Positions 39,954 through 49,365 of a stretch of DNA of 64,000 nucleotides are shown here, piece after piece; the stretch's first letter is position 1, and each line of letters opens with the position of its first letter. A model generated the notes under the pieces. That model searched no databases. It was not told where the DNA came from and was given only the letters and a program-made list of their open reading frames with translations. A program made the position numbers and the translations under genes. Origin of the DNA: Burkholderiales bacterium. GTDB taxonomy: Bacteria; Pseudomonadota; Gammaproteobacteria; Burkholderiales; Eutrophovitaceae. The DNA lies in contig DATMAN010000057.1 of NCBI GenBank assembly GCA_035560005.1, forward strand, positions 14,292 to 78,291. Reading direction: 5' to 3'.

Positions 39954-39983
39954 ATTATGGAGAACGATTGCCGGCTCTGTCAA
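39954..39983 (-). promoter_or_regulatory. Near-consensus sigma70 promoter pointing into the phaB-phaR spacer
   Basis: The minus strand reads TTGACA (39983-39978), an 18-nt spacer, then CATAAT (39959-39954). Confidence 0.5.
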
Positions 39984-40115
39984 ACGGCGCGGGTTTTCGC
40001 GTTGCATGACCCTGTGTTCTCCGTGTTATTCAAAGGGTTATAATCCTCGCACCACGCACCGCGTCAGGCACTCACAGAGCAACCGGCCGCGACTCACCGA
40101 TGAGATGAACGCCAA

Positions 40116-40733
40116 ATGACCCAAGAGATCCGCTTGATCAAGAAGTACCCGAATCGCCGGCTCTACGATACGGCGACCAGCAGCTACATCACCTTGGCCG
40201 ACGTGAAGCAATTGGTCCTTGATCAGGTCCAGTTCAAGGTGGTCGACGCCAAGAGCGAGGAGGATCTGACTCGGAGCATCCTGCTGCAGATCATTCTGGA
40301 AGAAGAAGGAGCGGGCGCGCCGATGTTCTCCTCGTCGATGCTGGCGCAGATCATTCGCTTCTACGGAAACGCCATGCAGGGAATGATGGGGAGCTATCTC
40401 GAGAAGAATATCCAGACGTTCATCGAAATCCAGAAGAAGCTCCAGGAGCAGGGATTGCCGCGATTCGGTGAAAACCCAATGCTCAATCCCGACGCCTGGT
40501 CGCAATTCGTCAAGATGCAGGGACCTGCCATTCAGGGACTGATGACGAACTACCTTGAGCAAAGCGCGAACGCATTTCTGGAAATGCAGCAGCAGATGCA
40601 GAAGCAGGCGCGCAACCTTTTCGGCGCCTTTCCTTTCGGCGGTCTGGGAACAACCTCCTCCACCACCGGCGAAGACAAGCCCGCTAGCGAGGACGATCCG
40701 GCCAAGCAGGCCCAGAAGAAAACCGGTTCGTGA
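40116..40733 (+). CDS. phaR: Polyhydroxyalkanoate synthesis repressor PhaR
   Basis: IKKYPNRRLYDTATSSYITLADVKQLV is the PhaR N-terminal DNA-binding signature. A TATAAT at 40039-40044 lies upstream. Confidence 0.93.
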   Translation: MTQEIRLIKKYPNRRLYDTATSSYITLADVKQLVLDQVQFKVVDAKSEEDLTRSILLQIILEEEGAGAPMFSSSMLAQIIRFYGNAMQGMMGSYLEKNIQTFIEIQKKLQEQGLPRFGENPMLNPDAWSQFVKMQGPAIQGLMTNYLEQSANAFLEMQQQMQKQARNLFGAFPFGGLGTTSSTTGEDKPASEDDPAKQAQKKTGS

Positions 40734-40785
40734 CAAGGACCGCGTGCGCAGCCGCGCGGCGCCACCTCGATGAGCGGTAAAGACC

Positions 40786-42129
40786 ATGCGCCGAACTGAG
40801 CGCCATTCGCTGCGCGCACCGAAGATCGGATTCGTCTCGCTGGGCTGTCCGAAGGCGCTCGTCGACTCGGAACGCATCCTTACCGAGCTGCGGGCAGAGG
40901 GCTATCTCATCGCGCCGTCCTACCAGGAGGCTGACCTGGTCGTGGTCAATACCTGCGGTTTCATCGATGCGGCAGTGGAGGAATCATTAGACGCGATCGG
41001 CGAAGCAATCGCGGAGAACGGCAAGGTGATTGTCACTGGCTGTCTCGGCGCCAGGGGCGATCTCGTAAGGCGGTCCTACCCGCAGGTACTGGCCGTCACC
41101 GGTCCCCAGGCCACAGCGGAAGTCCTGCAGGCGGTGCACAACCACCTGCCCAAGCCGCACGACCCCTTTGTCGACCTGGTGCCGCCGCAGGGGGTTCGCC
41201 TGACACCCCGGCACTATGCATACCTGAAGATCTCCGAGGGATGCAATCACCGCTGCAGCTTCTGCATTATCCCGTCGATGCGCGGCGAGCTCGTCAGCCG
41301 TCCTGCCGGAGAAGTCATGCAAGAAGCCGAAACCCTGGTGAAGTCGGGCGTGAAGGAACTGCTGGTTATCTCGCAGGACACCGGTGCTTACGGGGTGGAT
41401 GTGAAGTACCGCACCGGTTTTTGGGGAGGACGCCCGATCAAGACCCGGATAAACGATCTGGCGCGTGCCTTGGGGGAGCTGGGCGTGTGGGTGCGGCTCC
41501 ACTACGTGTATCCGTATCCGCACGTCGATGAGCTGGTGGCCCTGATGGCCGAGGGAAAGATACTCCCGTACTTGGATGTTCCCTTTCAGCACGCCAGTCC
41601 GCGCATTCTGAAGTTGATGCGGCGGCCGGCGAACATGGAGAAGAACCTCGATCGCATCCGGCGCTGGCGCGAGGTCTGCCCGGATCTCGCCATTCGCAGC
41701 ACTTTCATCGTGGGATTTCCGGGTGAAACGGAGGCCGATTTCGCGGAACTGCTGGCGTTCCTGGAGGAGGCGCAACTTGACCGGGTTGGCTGTTTCGCCT
41801 ACTCACCCGTGCAAGGCGCTCAAGCCAACGAGCTGCCCGACCCGGTGCCCGAGGAGGAAAAGGAAGTGCGCAGAGCGCGCTTCATGACGCTGCAGGAAGA
41901 AATCAGCACCCGCCGCCTGGCTAGCAAGGTGGGTCGCGTGCTCACCGTGCTGGTGGACGAGTTGCGGGACGAGCAGGCGATTGCAAGATCCAGCGCGGAT
42001 GCTCCGGAAATCGACGGTGTCGTTCACGTTCGAAGCGCTCCCCAGCTCCGCCCCGGCCAGTTCGCGACAGTCCAGGTCACGAAGGCGGACGCCCACGATC
42101 TGTACGCGGAACCGCTCGCGGAGCGCTGA
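40786..42129 (+). CDS. rimO: Ribosomal protein S12 methylthiotransferase RimO
   Basis: UPF0004 N-domain ([17 protein letters not shown]), radical [12 protein letters not shown]-terminal TRAM domain. Confidence 0.93.
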   Translation: MRRTERHSLRAPKIGFVSLGCPKALVDSERILTELRAEGYLIAPSYQEADLVVVNTCGFIDAAVEESLDAIGEAIAENGKVIVTGCLGARGDLVRRSYPQVLAVTGPQATAEVLQAVHNHLPKPHDPFVDLVPPQGVRLTPRHYAYLKISEGCNHRCSFCIIPSMRGELVSRPAGEVMQEAETLVKSGVKELLVISQDTGAYGVDVKYRTGFWGGRPIKTRINDLARALGELGVWVRLHYVYPYPHVDELVALMAEGKILPYLDVPFQHASPRILKLMRRPANMEKNLDRIRRWREVCPDLAIRSTFIVGFPGETEADFAELLAFLEEAQLDRVGCFAYSPVQGAQANELPDPVPEEEKEVRRARFMTLQEEISTRRLASKVGRVLTVLVDELRDEQAIARSSADAPEIDGVVHVRSAPQLRPGQFATVQVTKADAHDLYAEPLAER

Positions 42130-42169
42130 TCGTTCGCTGCGGCCGGCGCCACACGCCCCCTCCGTCGAC

Positions 42170-42589
42170 ATGGCACTACGCGACCGGATCAAAGCGCGCG
42201 CGGCGCTGCTCAAGCGTGACGTCCTGGCATTGTGGTTTGCGGTGCGCGACCCGCGCACGCCCTGGTCCGCAAGGGCGCTGGCGCTGCTGGTGGTGACCTA
42301 CGCGCTGTCTCCCATCGACCTGATTCCGGACTTCATCCCGGTGCTCGGATATGTCGACGAGCTGCTGCTGCTGCCACTCGCGATCTGGGCCATTTTCAAG
42401 CTCGTTCCACGCGAGGTTCTCGCCCAGTCGCGGGCCATGGCCGAGGACTGGCTGGCAAGCGGCCGTCGGCCGCCTCGCAGCCGCGTGGGAGCGGTGCTCG
42501 TGATCGCTGTGTGGGTCGTGCTGGTCTGGTGGCTGATCGCCCTTTTTGCGCCCTCGCTCGGTTTCGTGCTCAATTCAAACCGCGCGTAA
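42170..42589 (+). CDS. DUF1232 (YkvA-like) membrane protein
   Basis: YALSPIDLIPDFIPVLGYVDELLL is the DUF1232 signature. The start is taken at ATG 42170, after the rimO stop. Confidence 0.75.
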   Translation: MALRDRIKARAALLKRDVLALWFAVRDPRTPWSARALALLVVTYALSPIDLIPDFIPVLGYVDELLLLPLAIWAIFKLVPREVLAQSRAMAEDWLASGRRPPRSRVGAVLVIAVWVVLVWWLIALFAPSLGFVLNSNRA

Positions 42590-43046
42590 ACAGGAAGTTG
42601 TTGTCCGCGTGCGGAATATGGCACGAGAAGCACGCCTTGCCTCCGTCCTTCACCACGCGGGCGCCGGGGTCGCCCCCCTTGAATGCCTCGAACCCCCAGC
42701 CTCCGGTTTCCTTGAATCGGGTTTCGTCACGAAGCATCACCGCTACGACCTTACGCGCGCCCTGAGTGATCGTCTTGTTCTCTCCAGTCTCGTACTTGAA
42801 CCGATCCACGGCGAACATCGCGCCGTCCCGGAACTTGCCGGATTTCAGCCCTTCCACGGCCAGTTCGTTGGCGTACACGTGCTGAATGCCGACATTGCCT
42901 TCGGGAACGTGCCCCTCGAGATTCACCGTGCTGTGGTGGTGGTACCACGTGCGATATCCGCTGGGAAAGGGAATTTCGCCCTCGGCGGCGAACGCGGTCG
43001 CGACAGCCGCGGTACAGGCCAGAAATACGATGGATGCAGGTTTCAT
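42570..43046 (-). CDS. Cytochrome P460 family protein (periplasmic)
   Basis: Signal peptide MKPASIVFLACTAAVATAFA, YRTWYHHHST.. and a C-terminal haem motif CFSCH..DNNFLFT, as in the P460 family. Confidence 0.78.
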   Translation of the reverse strand: MKPASIVFLACTAAVATAFAAEGEIPFPSGYRTWYHHHSTVNLEGHVPEGNVGIQHVYANELAVEGLKSGKFRDGAMFAVDRFKYETGENKTITQGARKVVAVMLRDETRFKETGGWGFEAFKGGDPGARVVKDGGKACFSCHIPHADNNFLFTRGLN

Positions 43047-43210
43047 TGCTCCTCCTGATCGACAGATCTTGCGTGTGCAAGCCGATGTCATTGCACGCGA
43101 ACCATTCTAGGAAACTCTCGCCGTATCGATCTACGGGATTGACGCGAAAACGCCGCACGAGAATCACGTAATGGGCACTACAGATTTTCCTGAGAGCCCT
43201 GGACGACTGC

Positions 43211-45157
43211 TCACACTCTCGCACCGCAGGTAGCCCGGGCACGCGCGAAGAATCGGCGGACCTCCCCCAGATCGCGGGTCCGGGTCATCGGCGGCAGGCT
43301 TTGCCAGATGCGGCGGCCATAGGGTTTGGAAACCAGGCGGGGATCGCAGATCATGAGCACGCCCCGATCCGCTTCGTCCCGGATCAGCCTGCCGGCCCCC
43401 TGTTTCAGGGTGATGACTGCCTGCGGGAGCTGGTACTCCAGAAAGGCGCTGCGTCCCTGGCTGTTGATCTGCTCGATGCGCGCTGCGAGCACCGGATCGT
43501 CGGGTGGGCTGAACGGCAAGCGGTCGATGATCACCAGGGAGAGCGCTTCGCCGCGCACGTCCACCCCTTCCCAGAAGGAATGGCTGCCAAGGAGCACCGC
43601 ATCGCCCAGCCGGCGGAACCGCTCCAGCAATTCGCTCTTTGCGGCCTCGCCCTGCATCAACAACGGGTAGCGCATGCCCATGCGACGCATGCCAAGCTCC
43701 AGCAAACCGCGCGCTTCGCGCATGGCGCGCAGGCTCGTGAACAGGAAAAACGCCCTACCCTCGGCCGACTCGATCACGGGCAGGGCAGCATCCACTACCG
43801 CCTCCGTGTAGCGGGCGCTGTTCGGGTCGGGCAGGCCCGCGGGTACGAATAGCAGCGCCTGAGCGGCGTAATCAAACGGGCTGTCCCAGGCGATCGCACG
43901 CGCGCCTTCGAGACCCATTTCCCGCTGGTAATGGCTGAAATCGCCGCGCACCGAGAGCGTTGCGGAGGTAAAGATCCACGTCCGTGGATTGCCGGCGATC
44001 TGCCGCTGGAAGATCTCGCCGATCGCAAGCGGGGTGGCGTTCAGATGCACCGAGAGCGCGAACGTCTCGGTCCATCGTACCCACGACGGATCGGCCTGGT
44101 CACGCCAACGCGCCAGACGCTCCTGGGTGTGAAGTGCGCGCATCCAGCAATTGTGCAGTCCTTCGCTGCGCTCGGCGTGCGCTTCCAGCGTAGCGGCCAG
44201 CTCCGCCAGCTTCGAGCTGAGCGCGTCGAGTGCGTCCCGAACGTCGCCTCGGCTGGCCAGGGCTGAATAGGTCTGGCGCCCACCCTCTTCCCCAAAGCAC
44301 AGGCGCAGGTCCCTGGCCGCCTTCTCCAGGGCCTGGGCGGCAGCGGGCAGCCGAGGACTGTCACGCGCCGAGGAGGCGGCTTCCATGCGGGCATCCCGCG
44401 CCAGCTCCACCAACTGGGCTGTGGATATCGAATCCCCGAAAAACAGACTCGCAATTTCGGGCAACTGATGGGCTTCGTCGAAGATTACCGTGTTGCACGC
44501 GGGCAGCAGTTCCGCCACGCCTTCGTCCCGCAGCATGACGTCGGCGAAGAACAGATGATGGTTCACCACCACGACATCCGCTTCCATGGCGCGTTTGCGC
44601 GCCTCCAGAACGAAGCACTTCCGGTAATGCGGGCAGTCCGAACCCAGACAGTTGTCGCGGGTGGAAGTCACCATCGGCCAAATGGCGGCATCTTCCGGCA
44701 CTTCCGCAAGATCGTTGCGGTCCCCGCTCGTGGAAGTACGGGCAAAACGCTCGATGAGCGCCAGGTGCGCCAGATCATCCCGCGACAGGAAACGCCCCTC
44801 GGCTGCGGCGCGCTCCAGGTGATAGTGGCAGACGTAATTGGCCCGGCCCTTGAGCAATGCCACGGTGACGGGTACCTGGAGGGCCTTGCGCACCATCGGT
44901 ATATCGCGGTCGAACAACTGGTCCTGGAGTGTTTTGGTACCGGTCGAGACGATGACCTTTCCGCCTTCGAGCAGGGCGGGCGCAAGGTAAGCGACCGTCT
45001 TGCCGGTTCCGGTGCCCGCCTCCACGATCAGCACCGAGCGGTCTCTGATCGCCTGCAACACGGCCTCGGCCATCTCGAGCTGCTGTCGGCGCGCCTTGTA
45101 GTCCGGAATCACTCGAGCCAGAGGCCCGGAGCCGGAGAAGAAATGCTGGAGCTGCAA
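43211..45157 (-). CDS. dinG: ATP-dependent DNA helicase, DinG/YoaA (Rad3/XPD-like) family
   Basis: VEAGTGTGKT, the four-Cys FeS cluster region (NCLGSDCPHYRKCF), DEAH box (FDEAHQL) and a C-terminal helicase domain. Apparent TTG start. Confidence 0.88.
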   Translation of the reverse strand: MQLQHFFSGSGPLARVIPDYKARRQQLEMAEAVLQAIRDRSVLIVEAGTGTGKTVAYLAPALLEGGKVIVSTGTKTLQDQLFDRDIPMVRKALQVPVTVALLKGRANYVCHYHLERAAAEGRFLSRDDLAHLALIERFARTSTSGDRNDLAEVPEDAAIWPMVTSTRDNCLGSDCPHYRKCFVLEARKRAMEADVVVVNHHLFFADVMLRDEGVAELLPACNTVIFDEAHQLPEIASLFFGDSISTAQLVELARDARMEAASSARDSPRLPAAAQALEKAARDLRLCFGEEGGRQTYSALASRGDVRDALDALSSKLAELAATLEAHAERSEGLHNCWMRALHTQERLARWRDQADPSWVRWTETFALSVHLNATPLAIGEIFQRQIAGNPRTWIFTSATLSVRGDFSHYQREMGLEGARAIAWDSPFDYAAQALLFVPAGLPDPNSARYTEAVVDAALPVIESAEGRAFFLFTSLRAMREARGLLELGMRRMGMRYPLLMQGEAAKSELLERFRRLGDAVLLGSHSFWEGVDVRGEALSLVIIDRLPFSPPDDPVLAARIEQINSQGRSAFLEYQLPQAVITLKQGAGRLIRDEADRGVLMICDPRLVSKPYGRRIWQSLPPMTRTRDLGEVRRFFARARATCGARV

Positions 45158-45310
45158 GAGGTTTCCTACGGTTCGCTGGTCGAAGTCTAGACGATGGCAG
45201 CGTTGGCCGTCGCGTTGCGTGCCTGCGCGAGTTGCGCGTCCGAAGCTTCCTGCCTTGACCGGGACGTCGCCGCTAGAATTGCCGTTTTAACACCTTGGCT
45301 CAGGCCCACC

Positions 45311-46456
45311 GTGTCCGTTCCCGAGTTCGATTTCGACAGGCAGATCGACCGACGCGCCACCAGTTCCGTCAAGTGGGAGAAGTACCGCGGCCGCGATGTG
45401 ATTCCGATGTGGGTGGCGGACATGGACTTCGCTACCGCGCCCTGCGTCGTCGAGGAGCTGGAGCATCGCATCCGGCATGGCGTGTTCGGTTACACGCAGG
45501 TGCCGGAGGAGCTGCCTCATGTGATCGCCGCCGCGATGTTGCGCGATTTCGACTGGCGGATCGAGCCCGACTGGATCGTCTTTCTGCCCAGCCTGGTCGT
45601 CGGATTGAATGTTGTGTGCCGGGCGTTCGCCCGGGAAGGCGAAGAAGTGATCACGGCAGTTCCAATCTACCCGCCGTTTCTTTCAGCGCCGGAATACGGT
45701 AATCGAAACTGCATCCGCGTACCGCTGCGCGAGAAGGATGGACGCTGGTATTGGGACCTGGACGCGCTCGAAGCCGCCATCACGGCAAAAAGCCGGGTCC
45801 TGCTCGTGTGCAGCCCACACAATCCGACCGGCAGGGTTTGGAACGCCGAAGAATTGCGTGCGGTCGCCGGACTCGCTGTACGTCACGGGCTGATCCTGGT
45901 GTCGGATGAGATCCACGGCGGGCTGGTGCTGGACACCGAAAAGCGTCACGTGCCCATGGCCAGCCTGGATCCCTCCATCGCCGGACGCACCGTTACCCTC
46001 ATGTCGGCCAGCAAGACCTTCAATCTGCCGGGGCTCGGATGCGCCTTCGCGATCGTTGCCGATCCGGCGCTCCGAGCCCGACTGCAGCGGACGATGGCCG
46101 GCATCGTGCATCACGTGGGTGCGCTGGGCCTGTTCGCCACTCTGGCGGCCTATCGGGACGGCCGCGAGTGGCAGTTGGCTCTGTGCCATTACTTGAGAGG
46201 CAATCGCGACCTCGTGGAATCCACGATCGGGACGCTGCCCTCGCTCCGCGTGTACCACGTCGAAGCGACGTACTTGGCATGGATCGATGCCCGGACATTG
46301 CCTGGCGGCAATCCAGTACAGCGTTTCGAGCAGGCGGGCGTGGGCTTGTACGACGGTGCACTGTTCGGCGGGCCTGGATTCGTGCGGCTGAACTTCGCCT
46401 GCCCGCGCCCTCTCTTGCGCGAAGCCCTGTCTCGACTGCAGCGCGCCCTGGTCTAG
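45311..46456 (+). CDS. patB: PLP-dependent C-S lyase / cystathionine beta-lyase, MalY/PatB family
   Basis: DRRATSSVKWEKY, MWVADMDFATAP, NPTGRVW, SASKTFNLPGL (PLP lysine). The GTG start at 45311 is approximate. Confidence 0.85.
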   Translation: MSVPEFDFDRQIDRRATSSVKWEKYRGRDVIPMWVADMDFATAPCVVEELEHRIRHGVFGYTQVPEELPHVIAAAMLRDFDWRIEPDWIVFLPSLVVGLNVVCRAFAREGEEVITAVPIYPPFLSAPEYGNRNCIRVPLREKDGRWYWDLDALEAAITAKSRVLLVCSPHNPTGRVWNAEELRAVAGLAVRHGLILVSDEIHGGLVLDTEKRHVPMASLDPSIAGRTVTLMSASKTFNLPGLGCAFAIVADPALRARLQRTMAGIVHHVGALGLFATLAAYRDGREWQLALCHYLRGNRDLVESTIGTLPSLRVYHVEATYLAWIDARTLPGGNPVQRFEQAGVGLYDGALFGGPGFVRLNFACPRPLLREALSRLQRALV

Positions 46457-48546
46457 AAGCGTCCCATGAGCGTCAGTCTGAAACTGCGCGGCTCCACCGG
46501 ATGAAAATGAATGTCAGACACCGGTGCCGGTTCCGTCAACAGACGGGATTCGTAGAAGTATTCGATGTCGGCCGCCTCGCGGTCGAACAGGTTGAACACA
46601 TCGAGCACCATGTTCCATCGCCGGTCGAAGCGATAGCCGGCGCGGAAATTGACGAGCGTCGTGGAGGAAGACCGCACCGAGTCGTCCTCGATGAGAGGGC
46701 GCGGACCGAAGTAACGCAGGATCACGGAACCGGACCAGCGTCCCAGGTCGGTTACCGTTGCGCCGGCGGAGACCACTTTCTCGATCGAGCCGGGAATACG
46801 GTTGCCCGCCGGATCGTCATCGGTAAACCTCGCGCGCGATGCCGACACGTCCAGATCGAGCAGGAGCCACGGCCTTGCGATCCAGTGATTGCTCCATTCG
46901 ACGCCGCGGCGCCGACTCGGTCGGCTGGCCTCAGTCGTTCCCGCATCGCCGATGAACAGCAGCTCGGAGTCCAGTGTCAGTTGCCACAGCGCGAACGTGC
47001 TCTGTAGCCCGCCAAAGATTTCCGTCTTGACGCCGACCTCTTCCCCGCGCGCCTTGACCAGCGGCGTCACGGGATCAGCCGGTGTGGCAAGCGTTGGATC
47101 GTTCGGGTCCAGCCTGATGACCGTCCCGCGCGCGTCGTTGCTGTGAAATCCATAGCCGAAGTTCGCGAAATACTCGGTTCCGGCCCAGGGACCGAGCACC
47201 AGTGAGACCTTGGGCGAAAAGATGCGATCCTTCAGGCTGCCCGAGTTCGCGGAGATGCTGCTATCCACGTCGAAGCGGTAGAAATCGGCGCGCATGCCCG
47301 TCACCGTTCTGAACCAGTCGGTCCACTGAGTCAGGTTTTCGGCGTACAGGGCTGCGCTGCTTTCGCTGACCGAATCTTCCCGCACCGTGCTCAGCCGTTG
47401 CCGCGCTCTGGTCTTGTACAGGGCCACAGTGCCGATATCATCGTGTCGCACCTGCAGGCCCAGAGTGGTGGCGCTGCGCCGGCCGAGCAGGCCGTGGACG
47501 AATGCAGCGCGCGGGTGCAGGCCGAGCACCGTCCGGTCGTCAGCCTGCTCGAACTGGTCGCCGTTGACGGGATCGTCGAGAAAGTAAGTGAAATTCGACC
47601 ACAGATTCAGCTTGTAGCGGATTGCGTAGGCGTCCGCGGCCAGTTCCAGCGCGTCGGAACGATCAAAAAGGCTGGTCGACAGACTGTAGCGATAGGACTC
47701 GCCGCCGTCGGTGGGATCGAGCGCGTCGAAACGACCGATCAGTCCCTGCTCGACCGCGCGACTGGCAATCTGGTCAGTGGAGTTCCAGTCGGCGCCATAG
47801 GCCATCCCGGTGATGCGCAAGCCTCTGGCTTGCGACCCGCGCGAATAGCGCAGAAGCGCATTGACCTTGCCGTAGTCGTTGGGGTTGGTCCAGGGACCGT
47901 CGTTGTGCAGATATTCGAAGGCGTAGAGCAACCGGCCATCCGCGACTTCAGGCGCAGCGGCAGCCACACCGCGATGAAAACCGAAACGCCCCGCGCTGAG
48001 CGAACCGAATGACGAGTCCGGTGCGTCCACCAAGGCGATGTCGGCTGCGCCTGCGGAAGCGAAATCGCCGTCAACAGCCCGGTAAGGTCCTTTGCGGTAT
48101 TCGATCCGGGAGACCAGTTCCGGTATCAGGAAGCTCAGATCGGCGTAACCCTGACCGTGGCCATGCGTGCGCAGATTGACGGGCATGCCGTCCACCGTGA
48201 TCGCGAAGTCGGTGCCGTGGTCAAGGTTAAAGCCGCGCAGGAAGTACTGATTGGCTTTCCCCTCTCCGCTGTGTTGCGTCACGATGACACCGGGCACGAA
48301 TTCCAGAACCTCGCCGGTACGGAGAATGGGTCGGGTATCCGCCCGCTTCGAGGTCACTGTGCCTGCGCTCGCTGAATCGGTCGTGCCGATGCCCAGATCG
48401 TAGTGTCCGAGGACTTCGACTTCCGGCGCTACAAGCTTTTGCAATTGCTCTTGCTGCGCATCCTCGGCCATGACACTGGCGGCGAAGAACGCGCCCGCCA
48501 GCCAAGTGGCGCGAGCGCACGCAATCCTCTGGCCATGTCTGAACAT
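46453..48546 (-). CDS. TonB-dependent outer membrane receptor (candidate nickel/metal uptake)
   Basis: Signal peptide, plug domain (TGEVLEFVPGVIVTQHSGEGKANQYFLRGF), a long beta-barrel and a terminal aromatic residue (..LMGRF). It is divergent from nikR. Confidence 0.9.
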   Translation of the reverse strand: MFRHGQRIACARATWLAGAFFAASVMAEDAQQEQLQKLVAPEVEVLGHYDLGIGTTDSASAGTVTSKRADTRPILRTGEVLEFVPGVIVTQHSGEGKANQYFLRGFNLDHGTDFAITVDGMPVNLRTHGHGQGYADLSFLIPELVSRIEYRKGPYRAVDGDFASAGAADIALVDAPDSSFGSLSAGRFGFHRGVAAAAPEVADGRLLYAFEYLHNDGPWTNPNDYGKVNALLRYSRGSQARGLRITGMAYGADWNSTDQIASRAVEQGLIGRFDALDPTDGGESYRYSLSTSLFDRSDALELAADAYAIRYKLNLWSNFTYFLDDPVNGDQFEQADDRTVLGLHPRAAFVHGLLGRRSATTLGLQVRHDDIGTVALYKTRARQRLSTVREDSVSESSAALYAENLTQWTDWFRTVTGMRADFYRFDVDSSISANSGSLKDRIFSPKVSLVLGPWAGTEYFANFGYGFHSNDARGTVIRLDPNDPTLATPADPVTPLVKARGEEVGVKTEIFGGLQSTFALWQLTLDSELLFIGDAGTTEASRPSRRRGVEWSNHWIARPWLLLDLDVSASRARFTDDDPAGNRIPGSIEKVVSAGATVTDLGRWSGSVILRYFGPRPLIEDDSVRSSSTTLVNFRAGYRFDRRWNMVLDVFNLFDREAADIEYFYESRLLTEPAPVSDIHFHPVEPRSFRLTLMGRF

Positions 48547-48586
48547 TTTGTTGAATCCTCCCCCGATCGGATACAACTTCTTGTTT

Positions 48587-48617
48587 GTAAACTTTGTTTC
48601 TTTTCTTACAAAGTTTG
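48587..48617. promoter_or_regulatory. AT-rich inverted repeat in the receptor/nikR divergent promoter (candidate NikR operator)
   Basis: AAACTTTGT-N10-ACAAAGTTT (arms 48589-48597 and 48608-48616), about 42 nt upstream of the receptor ATG and about 82 nt upstream of the nikR ATG. Confidence 0.4.
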
Positions 48618-48698
48618 TTTTTTGTAGGATATATCATCCCTGCGCAGCTGGGAAGCCGGCGGAATCAGTTACCATGCGCTACCCTGGGGACAGGAAAA

Positions 48699-49187
48699 AT
48701 GGAAAGATTCACGATCTCTCTCAGCGATGAGCTCGCGCAGCAGTTCGACGAACTGCTCAAAAAAAAGGGGTATCAGAACCGCTCCGAAGCGGTCAGGGAT
48801 ATGGTCCGGACCGAGCTGGCTGCCGCCAGCATTGAACGCCATGAAGCACCGTTCTGCGTGGCTGCCCTGTCCTACGTGTACAACCACCACGCGCGAGACC
48901 TCGCGGAGCGGCTCACCGAACTGCAGCACGCGCACCACGACATCGTGCTGTCCTCGATGCACGTCCATCTGGACCACGACAACTGCATGGAAACCCTGAT
49001 CCTGCGCGGCGCAACGGATCAGGTCAGCAAGTTCGCCCATACGCTGATGGCGGAGCCGGAAGTGCGCCACGGGCGGCTGAATCTGGTTCCTGTGGACATC
49101 GACAAGGGACAGCCTCACGGGCACGGTCAGGAGCACGGCCACGGTCTCGTGGGCCAGTATCACGTCCACAGCAAACCACGCACTTGA
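48699..49187 (+). CDS. nikR: Nickel-responsive regulator NikR
   Basis: Ribbon-helix-helix N-terminus (MERFTISLSDELAQQFDELLKKKGYQNRSEAVRDMV) and an ACT-like metal domain with His/Cys ligands (HHxxD..HVHLDHDNC), plus a His-rich C-terminal tail. Confidence 0.9.
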   Translation: MERFTISLSDELAQQFDELLKKKGYQNRSEAVRDMVRTELAAASIERHEAPFCVAALSYVYNHHARDLAERLTELQHAHHDIVLSSMHVHLDHDNCMETLILRGATDQVSKFAHTLMAEPEVRHGRLNLVPVDIDKGQPHGHGQEHGHGLVGQYHVHSKPRT

Positions 49188-49365
49188 GGAGCGGACTTCA
49201 CGCCCGCGCTTCAGTCGCCGAATCGAGGGATGCCCCGCCCAAGCCATGCCCTGCGGGCATGGGCGTCATTGCGCGCGCGCCGGATGTAGCGACGACCGGC
49301 GTGCGGGTAAACTCGCCAATCCGCGCGCGAGCCGGACCCGCGACGCGCTTCCGGACAGAAGACCC

